Assembly (NCBI GenBank): GCA_023515725.1
Contig: JALDTO010000266.1
Coordinates: 1 to 64,000 of the forward strand
Reading direction: 5' to 3'
Source: Amoeboaphelidium protococcarum X5
Taxonomy: Eukaryota > Fungi > Aphelidiomycota
Length of the DNA: 64,000 nucleotides
Shown here: piece after piece, positions 54,083 through 64,000 of the stretch
How positions within the stretch are numbered: the first letter of the stretch is position 1
Layout: each line of letters begins with the position of its first letter
Made by a program: the position numbers and the translations under genes
The notes under the pieces: model-generated
Databases searched by the model: none
The model's input: the letters and a program-made list of their open reading frames with translations, nothing else
Told to the model about the DNA's origin: nothing

Positions 54083-55891
54083 TCACCGGCGCTGTCGAAG
54101 TACCATCACGGTAAATCCAACCAAGCCTTGAATGAACGTCATAGCTCCGAATACGGTTGTCCATTAGGACACGAAATATTGACGATTAATTAAACGCCTC
54201 CACTTGTTCAAAAAGAATGCCAGTCCGCCTTTATAACCGACGACATTACCCTGTTCATCATGGATTGGTTCACCTATTACTTTGTTCGTGGCGCGATGTG
54301 TTGGAGATGTAAATCTAGTCGCATTGATCATCAGCATATCTTTACTCACCAGGGGAATATCAACCTCCAGTTCATCAATCACATCAAGTATAGTGTTGAA
54401 TGACTTGAGAACATCAGTCTTTATGCAATCGAAAAAGTTGCCAACCAGAGGTCCAAACACGTCCAGTCGAAGATTTTCAGTCAGAAATCGCTCAGTATCA
54501 TCAAGAGCCGAGTACACAGTTCCATTAACTTTATCTGACAGCTGCTGAATAGGCGTGAAAATCTTTGAATTTATGGCATCATTCGTGCCGTTTATAGCAG
54601 TATTAGCGGAAGTGACAATCAAGTCATTGAAACCAAACAATGCAACATTGGTTGCATCAAGTTGCTGGGCCACAAATGCTGTTACTGTATCCTTTGCACG
54701 AGGTATGAAATCTCTCTCAATCTAATTCAAAGCGCTGAGTTGCATTGAAGAGAGTATGAGACCGCCAACTCCAACCAGGAATATCAACACGCCAGGACCA
54801 TACGCAATGTAATCAATAAGCCATCGTAGTTTAATACCATAAAAAGCAGATAAATTCAGTTTATCATCAATAACTTTACTAATGTACGAAAAGCGCGGTC
54901 GCTTCAGATTGTGAACTGCCACTCTCAACTGATACTCATCACCTGTCAGCCAACCGAGATCCATATGTTCGGCAACTTTTTCTTCATAGATCTAGTTTTG
55001 AGAATTCATCCACCACATCCTACTTAATACGGAAACCAATATTATGAGAGCAATAATTCCAAAAAGAGCATACAATATCTAGTTCATGACACGCGCGCCT
55101 TCATCGACCCATGCCAAATCAATACCACAAAACTTTACCTCCACCGGATCGGGAACATTGAAGAGCTACGTTGGAATCCTAATGCTCTCATTCAGCTTAC
55201 GAATCTGATCCTTTATCAACTCGAATGGAGTTTCTATGAATTGCAATCCTTAATCAACGGCCCAAGTGGAATTAACATTTATAGAGGATAGAGCATCAGC
55301 AACTACTGTTGGAATCTAGACATCTGGCACAGGATTCTGACGCGATGGTAACACATTTTCATTACCAAAAGCATTAAAGAAACCATTAATACCATTCGTG
55401 AATGTATTGGCCACTTTGTTACTCTCATTGACCACAGCATTCACAGAATTTTGTAGAAAGTTTTGTATATTCTACGCCTCCTTCTTCAGCAAAAAGATAC
55501 CACTATCAATGATGGCTTTCACTAGACAAACTACCAGCTTCTTGTATGAAGTCAGCACATAGATTAGAATCTTTTAGAAAAGACTGACGCCGGCAAGCAT
55601 TGCTCTTATCGTGAGATTCACAGTCTATTGAAACGACCTGACTAAAGCTGCATTGGTTTCAACAGCCAGAGCATGACGTATAGACATGAAATCTGAACTA
55701 AAATCTTCTAGACTACTACAAACATCCTCAATGTTACTTTTCAGGCTCCCTATATCTTGATTAAAGTCGACGTAAGCATTATAAAGTTGATACAGCACAA
55801 AGAGACAACTAAGTACGACGTGATTGATGTAAGCTCTTGATAGTTTCGCCATCAAAGACACAAATGGATAACCATGATTAAATCTAACCAT
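54083..55891 (-). CDS. PRM1: Plasma membrane fusion protein Prm1
   Basis: YPFVSLMAKLSRAYIN, LTSYKKLVVCL, LRWLIDYIAY, CIKT, C-terminal TM; multi-TM layout with two large helical loops; 602 aa. Confidence 0.8.
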
Positions 55892-56042
55892 CTTAACAGT
55901 AAGAATTCTGTATTAAACTAAACAAATATGGAATGCAGATAATATAATGTAGGAAGATGGTACAGTATTTAAAAATTCTAATTCACATCTTGATCACACA
56001 GCCAATCCAATTATTATTAAATGTCCCGATCAGATTCAATTT

Positions 56043-56756
56043 TCAATGCTTGGCCGAAATCTCGTACAGATATAGACCATCACGCAGCGCTTACTCGTAA
56101 ACAGCATTCGATAATATCTATTTGACAGAGAACAGTTTCCTTAATTTAATGAAGAACTATTTATCCGCACGCCGTCGCTTCTTGTAGCTCATAATACATT
56201 TTGGTTTAGACACATTGCTGCTTTGATTGATCAACTAGTTTAATGTGTTTAGAAGAGGCTCAAAACAAGATTCCAAGTACACGCAGTCGGATATTAGGAT
56301 CAGATGGACATACATAACTTCATTCAGAATGATACTATCACCCCACGTGAGTTCTTTTGCAATTAATCGACAATTGTCGGACTGTAATTTGAAATTATCA
56401 TCAACGTTCTGTTACAGCAGAGGGATCGCGCACGGAAGATCAGTGAGAATGACGCGCTCACACAACTCGGTATACAGTGAATATGCGTACATCCCAACGA
56501 CACCTGTGCCACTACCCAATTCTAGTATTCTTAAAGGCTCTGATATGAATGTTGTTTCTATATTCTCCAAATAATAACAAATCAATAAAGCAGCTTCCCA
56601 AACTATTCCAGCACATCCAATTGATCTATCAGTGTATAAGGCAATCTTTTCATTGACTCTCCTGGCAACTTTCGTAAGCTCTAACGATGAAATACAATCC
56701 CATTAATTCTCTTCTTACCTCCCCTCTACAAGCTCAATTGAACCTATATCGTTCAT
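56043..56756 (-). CDS. METTL21-family protein lysine methyltransferase (Efm6-like)
   Basis: GCAGIVWEAA, ILELGSGTG, ILTDL, LTWG, SDCVYLESCFEPLL, YKKRRRADKQFF; absent from the ORF track. Confidence 0.92.
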
Positions 56757-56966
56757 ATTACTACTGATAATAATAATATGATACACCAAATAACAAACTA
56801 GGTGTGTTTAAATACGTCAGGCCCTATAAGTGAGTAGCTAAGGCGCGTTCCAAGTCTCTTTTTATCCGTCTGACTTTAAACTCCGCTTTGCAGATTCTCT
56901 CCGTCTCTCTCTCACTTCTGCCAGCGAAGTCGCTCTGTTTTCCGAAAAAATGTGATCTTCAGCGTG

Positions 56967-56986
56967 TCTCTCTCTCTCTCTCTCTC
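56967..56986. repeat. (TC)10 microsatellite in divergent promoter between Efm6-like gene and RPN9
   Basis: Direct reading of the sequence. Confidence 0.9.
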
Positions 56987-57093
56987 GCGCGATTCCTTTC
57001 AATAAACGTTCAGTCCTTTAAAGTCTAGCTGTTCAGTACTGTCTTAACCTTATCTATTTACATTGGCTAGTTGTATACGTTTAAAATAAAAAA

Positions 57094-58314
57094 ATGGAAG
57101 AAGTTAAATAACTGTATTAGCGCAAGTTGTACCATTAGTTCACTGTCAAGTTGTTGGAGTTTATCAAGCAGAGAGGTGGCGCTGGTGTCGGATAGGATGT
57201 GGTTGCAGTCTTTGAACAGATGGTTCAACCTGCATACACTTAAATGAATAAGGTATCATACGCCCAGATTTCTGTCGCTGTATCCAAGTTCTATGCTCAG
57301 TCTGACTCTACCAAAGCTATCACTTTCCTGACTTAAGTCGCAGAGAAGTTGTACACTGTTGGTGAAGTGGAACAGGCCAAGACTTCGCAAGATGATTAAA
57401 TGCAACTGGATTCTGGTGATAAGAAGCAGGTGAGCCATGATCCTACAGAGAGCTGCATTGAGGGTTTTATTTTGGTGAGTATGCAGAAGGCTTAATTTTA
57501 GTTGATGTAGAACTAGTTGGCAGAGTGCAAGTCAACTATGGAAGTGTGTGCTTCTTTGCTGGAGAAACTGCCCGTGATTGAGCCTTTTATCAATGAAGCC
57601 TTCTACAGAGTGTCTGCTGATTACTACAAGAGCAAGGCTGACTACGGATTGTATTATAAGAATGCCCTACTATATTTGGCCAGTGTCAATTTGAATGAAC
57701 TGCCTGATGCTGACAAGGCTTCTCGTGCTTTCGACCTTTCTATTGCAGCTCTATTATCAGAGGATATCTATAACTTTGGTGAATTGCTTCTGCATCCTGT
57801 TCTTGGCTATTTAAAGAGCCCGCAATCTGCCAAGAGCACTCCGTCCAACACTTCAACTAATGAGTGGCTATTCAACTTGCTTCATGTGTTCAATCGTGGC
57901 GATATCAAATAGTTTGATGAGTTGAGCAAGTAGACTGGCAATTTCTCTTCAGTGGTCGGTCTGAAAGATTTACTCGGTGTCAATATCGTTGCTTTGAGGC
58001 AGAAATTGTGTCTGATGAGTCTTGTAGAAGTTGTGTTCAAGTCTGGCGGTGTCCAGATGGGTGTCAAGGGTAAAGTGTTGCCGTTCGATGTGATTGCCGC
58101 AGAGACCAAGTTGCCAATGAATGAGATTGAGCATCTGATTATGCGCGCTCTCTCACTCCAAATCTTGAAAGGAAGAATTGATCAGGTCAGTGGCGTGTTG
58201 ATGGTTGAGTCTGTGTAGAACCGCGTATTGGACATGTCTCAGATTGAGAATCTCAAGAAGCAGATTGACCAATGGAGTTCTCGCGTAGTGACTCTTGTCT
58301 CTGAAGTTTAGTGA
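57094..58314 (+). CDS. RPN9: 26S proteasome lid subunit Rpn9/PSMD13
   Basis: LYQRKLYHQFT, YYKNALLYL, DLSIAALLSEDIYNFGELLLHPVL, LRQKLCLMSL, EHLIMRALSL..LKGRIDQV. Confidence 0.96.
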
Positions 58315-58641
58315 TTTTATACCACTGTATGATACGGTGAAAATATGTGCATATTGCACTTTTTCTCAATTGTTAGTACTTCTTTTCTTTATCTTTATCT
58401 TTTAATTATCTATATCACATTTAACACATCATAATATACTGAAGAAAATTTCGAATGGACTGATTAAATCAGCTGATAGAAAGTGCAGGCCCCTTACAGA
58501 TCTGTTGATCCGTGAAGTTTGCTCGTTGGCTGATTTCCGTCTCGTCGATCATAAGGCCTAATCTTGATCAAAGGCTATTCCTCTTTATTATTGCTGAACC
58601 GTTTTAATATAATATAACTTTAAAAGTCGCAAAATTTTCGT

Positions 58642-59190
58642 ATGAGTGGACAGTATCCTGGTGCTGGTTCAAAAGGCGATGCAAATAGCCACAATCCACC
58701 TCAGTATTCAGAGATTGACACTAGTAGCCAGACGTCATCTAATCAACAAGTAGTGACGAGGCCTCAGGCTAGTCCTAGTGGTTATGGTTAGTAGTATCCG
58801 CATAAGTAATGGCCTCAGAATCAATAAAATTACCCATCTGCGCCATAACAAGGCGGATATTAGGCTCCTATTCCACCTGCCAGTCAGTATTATAATACTT
58901 CTCCGGTATAGTAGCCACAGTATTATTAATAATAATAATAATAGGCGGTCCTTCAGGCTGTAGAACTGACTCCTAATCCGCAAGCTCTATTCTGCCCATA
59001 CTGTAAGCAAGTTGTGGTATCCAATGTGCGCACAGAAAGCGGTGCTATGACGTGGCTCTCCTGTGCCGGGCTCACCATCATTGGCTGTATTCCGTGTTGT
59101 CTTATTCCATTTTGCGTGCAATCTTGCCTAAACGCGGAACACTTGTGTCCTCGCTGTGGTCTAAGTATTGGCTATTTTAGAAGATTATGA
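58642..59190 (+). CDS. LITAF-domain protein (second paralogue)
   Basis: PPQY, PSAP; FCPYC...GAMTWLSC...CCLIPFC...HLCPRC. Confidence 0.92.
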
Positions 59191-59316
59191 TTATCAAGTG
59201 TATTCAGTGCTTGCGAAATGAGTTTGTTGTTATGAATTAAATAAAAATCAAAAACAGAATATTTGCAGATATTAGATTTAGATTTTACAGAAAGAGATCA
59301 GTATTATATTAATCAT

Positions 59317-60006
59317 TCATTCTTCAAGTAGTAGAAAATGCTATTGGTAATATCTCAACTCCTCAATACTTTCTAGAATGTCATCGATGGCGCGATGAGC
59401 GTTTCGCTTATTGGGAGCCTGTTTAAACACGCGCTCATTCCACATTCGGCACAGTTCCTTCACCGCTGAAACGTCAATCATGCGATAGTGCAGCATCTCA
59501 TCCACTCGCGGAAAGAACCGTTTCAGAAATACTCGATCGGCATGGATAGAGTTGCCACACAGCAGCGGCCTTGAGTTGCTCGCGTGATTGCCACTGTAGT
59601 TATTGATTGCATCTTATTGACGCGGAAAGAACGTTTGCAGAAAGCTCTCGAGCAACCATCCCGCGCTTTAAAGGTCGATGGTGGACCGGTTGATGGCATC
59701 AATCAGGCCGCTCTGTGTGTGCGTTCGTCTGCACCAGTCAGTGTATTTCCCTTAGCTATCTACATCTAATGGCATTAATTTATCCATTAGAGCAGTTTCA
59801 TAGTTGATGACCAGGTGAAAATAGTGATAGTCTCCCTCCGCGTCGTACTTGATGTCCATCCGATCAGACACGTCTCTAGGTTCATTGGGCATTGGCAGTG
59901 GCTTTAGTTGTTCATCAGTCACCAGCACACAAACTTCGAGCACCTGATCCACATCAATATTCAAACCAGTCATTTCCATGTCCATCCAAAGTAACATTAT
60001 CGCCAT
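59317..60006 (-). CDS. REX2: Oligoribonuclease Rex2/Orn
   Basis: WMDMEMTGL, DWCRRTHTQSGL, LCGNSIHADRVFL, LHYRMIDVS, HRAIDDILESIEELRYY. Confidence 0.96.
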
Positions 60007-60069
60007 CTTTTTAATCAGATAATACTTTTTCAATCTCTTCTTTTACGGGACGAAAACGTTATTTGTAAA

Positions 60070-60789
60070 ATGGAAAAATAGTAAACTGCCAAGAATCAGG
60101 AAGCAACGGTGTATGTTGGTAATTTGGATGAACGCGTTAATGATGCTATTCTATGGGAACTGTTTCTGTAAGTGGCTCCAGTGAAAAAGGTGTATATGCC
60201 TAAAGATCGACTGGCTGCGAATCATCAAGGCTTTGGATTCGTCGAATTTTACCAGGAGCGAGATGCTGAATACGCTGTTAAGATTCTGAATCTGGTCAGA
60301 GTCTGGGGCAAGCCAATTAGAGTAAATAAAGCGACATCAGATAAGAAGAATCTGGACGTGGGTGCTAATCTGTTTGTGGGCAACCTGTCGCATGAGGTTG
60401 ATGAATCAGTGCTGTATGACACATTTAGCAGTTTTGGTAAGATCATTCACGCGCCCAAAATCGGCCGGGATGAGGCGGGTAATCATAAGGGATTCGGATT
60501 TGTAAGTTTTTATAGTTTTGAGTCTAGTGATATGGCTATCGCTGCTCTCAATGGGCAGTGGCTCAACAATCGTCAAATTACCGTGTCGTACGCGTTCAAG
60601 AAGGATGGTCGTGGGGAACGGCACGGCACGGCTGCAGAAAGACTGTTGGCCGCATAGTAGAAGAAATCGTCTGCAGAGAGAGCCTAAGCCGCAAAGAATC
60701 TTCTGCCTTAAATGCCTGCTTTGGCGTCCAATCCTTAAAATTCCCTTTAATAACCACAGTTTGTTCAGAGGCCTGTATAATAATAATGA
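60070..60789 (+). CDS. SF3B4: Splicing factor SF3b4/Hsh49 (two RRMs)
   Basis: [19 protein letters not shown](Q=TAA), [42 protein letters not shown]. Confidence 0.97.
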
Positions 60790-60863
60790 AATTAAAGCTG
60801 GGAGTATGTAATGAATATAAATGATGTTGTTGGTACACTATAAATCACAAAGCTTTCAGAGAT

Positions 60864-63800
60864 TCAATCTTGCACTTCATAAACCTCATCAATGACACTT
60901 TCTTCGGCAGTGATTTACAACACTTTTGATACATCGCCGCTCTAAACTTTCTGAGATGGCACATGATCAGGATGTAGAATGTAAGCCTTGACATCCATTG
61001 GCATCTTCCCTTCGACATTCAGCTTCACGCGAATTCTATCCAATATTTTTAAAGCCTAAACAAGTCCCGGTACCACTTGGCTATCAATAATTGTAAGCAC
61101 ACCGTCAGATGACTTTTCAACTTTAAACTTCTTCACATCATAACGTTTGCTGTACGGAGGAAGATTTATATACAACTTTGGCCAAGTCAGCTCAATCTCA
61201 GTCTGCGCTGTATTGACACGACTCTGTATCACGCCAAAATCTTCAATATACACCTTCCTGTTGAAGGCATACTTTGGCACAAAGACATCGATGCTATGGT
61301 CGCCAATATCCATCACCACGGCATCTTCAATGACAGTGCCAATCTCGTCACTCAAATTCTTCAAATACACACATAGGTACAATTTAAGTGAATCATCTTG
61401 AGACTCTCTAGCATCTTCCTTTTTAACATTACAACACTTAGCCGCTTGCTCAACTTAATTTGGAGTAATTGGAGGTTTCTATGCGTCACTTATGGCAGCC
61501 ATCAACTGACGATGGACCACCACATCAGCATATCTTCTAATAGGCGATGTGAAATGAGTGTACAAGTCACAGCTTAGTGCATAGTGGCGCAATCGTTCTC
61601 TATTATCTGCAAACTAGCCAGTGGAGAAGTATATGGCTCTCTGCATTGGCTTGATAGCAAGCAGTTGAAATATGGCTCTCTTCTCTGGATCAGAAATACC
61701 TTAAATTGACTTTTGCAAATCTCCTGCGGAGGAAGCCGTGATACTTACCTACATCTTATCCGCAAACTTCATAAACTCCTTCATTGTACGTCCGTTGGGT
61801 GGTGGATGGCAGCGCAGTAGCGAAGCATTCGGATAAGTCTCACTAATCTTATGTGCAACACTCATGTTAGCCAACAGCATAAACTCTTCAATCAGCCGAT
61901 TACTATCTTTCAACTGATAAACATGACAGTCAACAGGATTCTTATCTTGATCCAGCCTGAAGGTCAACTTTGGCTAATTGATGGTGAGAGCACCGCGATC
62001 AAAGCGACGCCTCCTCAGAATGAGAGACAACTTGTGAAAGATCTTCACGTCATTCATGATAGCATGCTGCATCTACTCACCACCTTCTACAGGATAACTC
62101 AGAGTCGCATCCGCCCAGCTTTGACCATCAATGATATTCTATGCCTTTTCATAACTCAACTTTGCACAAGATCTAATGATAGATTTTCCGAACCACGTAT
62201 CCACAATCTAGGCATCTCGGGTCATAGTCCACATCACTGAAAACGTAAGCCGTTCCACATGAGGATTAAGACTGCATAAATCTTCACACAGAACTGAGGG
62301 AAGCATAGGATACGCACGGTCCACCATGTACGTTGTCGTGGCACGATTTTAAGCTTCTCTATCCAACGCGGAGTCTGGCTAAATGAAATGACTAACATCA
62401 GCAATATGAACACCGACCAGCAGATTACCATCAGATAAAGTCTCACACGATACAGCATCATCCAAGTCTTTAGCAGTCTCTGGATCAATGGTGAAAACTC
62501 GCTTCAACCTCAAATCCCTACGTCCCTCTATCTCTTCCTCGGGTATGACAAACGGCAGCGAGGGAAGACACTTCAACACTTCTGAACTAAAATCTCTGAC
62601 ATTGATGTTATGATTCTCTAATATTGCAGTAGACTCAGCCTTGACTTCACCCAAATGTCCAATGAACTTAACAAATTCAGCAAGCGGAGATGTGCTAGAC
62701 TCTTTCCACTGCACAAGCCTCACAATACACAGCTAATCCTTATACTTTTCTATATTCGTAAAATAGTCCTAAGGAATCTTTTCGGTTCTAACTGTAAACA
62801 GAGGACAGTTATTGTCACTTGGCTTAAATCTAACGAATTGCTATCTACCGCTGACTTTCCCTTTCTTAGACTCTTTTTTGCCAGCTTTGGTATCCACGAC
62901 AGTTTTACTATTCGCCTTCTACTCTTCTTCTTATGTCAACTCGTCATCAGATTACAAATCCTCCCAATCTCCGTCATTGGCATCAACATCATCATCATCG
63001 ATTGCAGAAGATTTTTCATCAGTGCTCACGTCTAAACCATCAATTGTCTTGGTGGCGGAATAAGGTAACTGATTTTGAGAAGAAGAAGAAGACTGATGAC
63101 CCGCATCATCCTGTAAGACAATACCAGAAAATAAAAAGCCAGGTCTTTGGGAAATTATACCCACCACTCTACCAACTCTAACCAGACCAGAATCAGCATC
63201 ATCATCCAAGCTAATATCATCCACTTCTAGCTCAATATCAACTTCATCCTACTATGTCCCACCATTTACTTCAGATACCACTCTATTATCTGCTTAAGTG
63301 TCACGGACAGTTGTAGGAGAATCATCAGATTGAGGAAACGGACTGAATAATCTCTAAATATCGTCCACTTCAGACTTTTGACCACTAATAGCACCATCAC
63401 CCACAAGCTTTGAGTTAAAAAAGAATTCGGAAGCGTTGCGAACCTTTTTCAGCTCAGATCTCTCCACCTCACCCAGAAACTCAATGGCAACAGTATCGCC
63501 GTTAAAGGCACGATTCCTGTCCAGCATACCTTGCACCAAAAAGTCTTACTCGTAGCCGTCCACAGTCACATAGGCATTGTACCTATTGCGCTTATTAATC
63601 CTAATAATACCAAACTGCAATTTGTTCAAATTCTTCAGCTGTTTACACTCTTTGATACTTAAATGATCTGCATAAATTTAACGTCTGCTCTTACTCTTAG
63701 ACTTGGCCTGCTACTTAGTATCTCCGTTCTACCGAGAGTTCTTGGTCGCTTAAGCACTGCTGTCATTATTGCCAATGGACTTGACATTGCTTCTACTATC

Positions 63801-64000
63801 TCCGCCACTTAAGTTAGCTTTCACACTAATACTACTCTTCACTCTACTTGATTCTATTTGATTTGCATCATTATAACTCTTTTTTAAGCCAGGCAAATGC
63901 ATCAAGATTTCTCTAACCCACGGATATTCATCAACCGGAACCAGCGGGGAATTGCTTGATTATGTGCTAATCTAACCATTACTACTACCAACGCCTGCTT
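60864..64000 (-). CDS. DIS3L2: DIS3L2-like RNase II/R 3'-5' exoribonuclease (5' end outside the window)
   Basis: [29 protein letters not shown] (catalytic Asp intact), [48 protein letters not shown]; no PIN domain seen in the visible part. Confidence 0.92.

Noticed and set aside
60864-64000. Assignment as fungal Ssd1 pseudonuclease
   Set aside because: The catalytic motif [10 protein letters not shown] is intact, which fits active DIS3L2

Overview
Very compact eukaryotic nuclear DNA with about 41 protein genes in 64 kb and short, rare spliceosomal introns (51-77 nt). It uses a variant genetic code: TAA and TAG encode Gln and only TGA stops (translation table 6 type). The supplied standard-code ORF track therefore chops real genes into fragments; all CDS coordinates below were re-read by hand with TAR=Gln. 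Fungal-type genes (PRM1, Hst3/4-like sirtuin, Ino4-like bHLH, Rtt107/Brc1) together with this code point, by inference, to an aphelid such as Amoeboaphelidium, an algal parasitoid sister to fungi. Most genes are housekeeping (ENO, SEC6, SUA5, GLO3, DRE2, SCC3, BRO1, Pol X, BRF1, NOT2, RPN9, REX2, SF3B4, DIS3L2). The most unusual element is a Crinkler-type PD-(D/E)xK nuclease + kinase gene (22364-23929) with an inverted mini-copy 14 kb away (7754-8167). The mini-copy keeps the promoter, the N-terminal header and the extreme C-terminus, but lacks the nuclease and nearly all of the kinase domain through an in-frame deletion at an 8-bp microhomology. Other highlights are PRM1 (mating fusion), a secreted GH5 glucanase, an ABA4/DUF4281-like protein, a tail-truncated kinesin-2, Gln codons directly before many TGA stops, and an extended TGTAG intron acceptor. 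No rRNA, tRNA or CRISPR array was recognised. Family assignments come from motif recognition only, not database searches.
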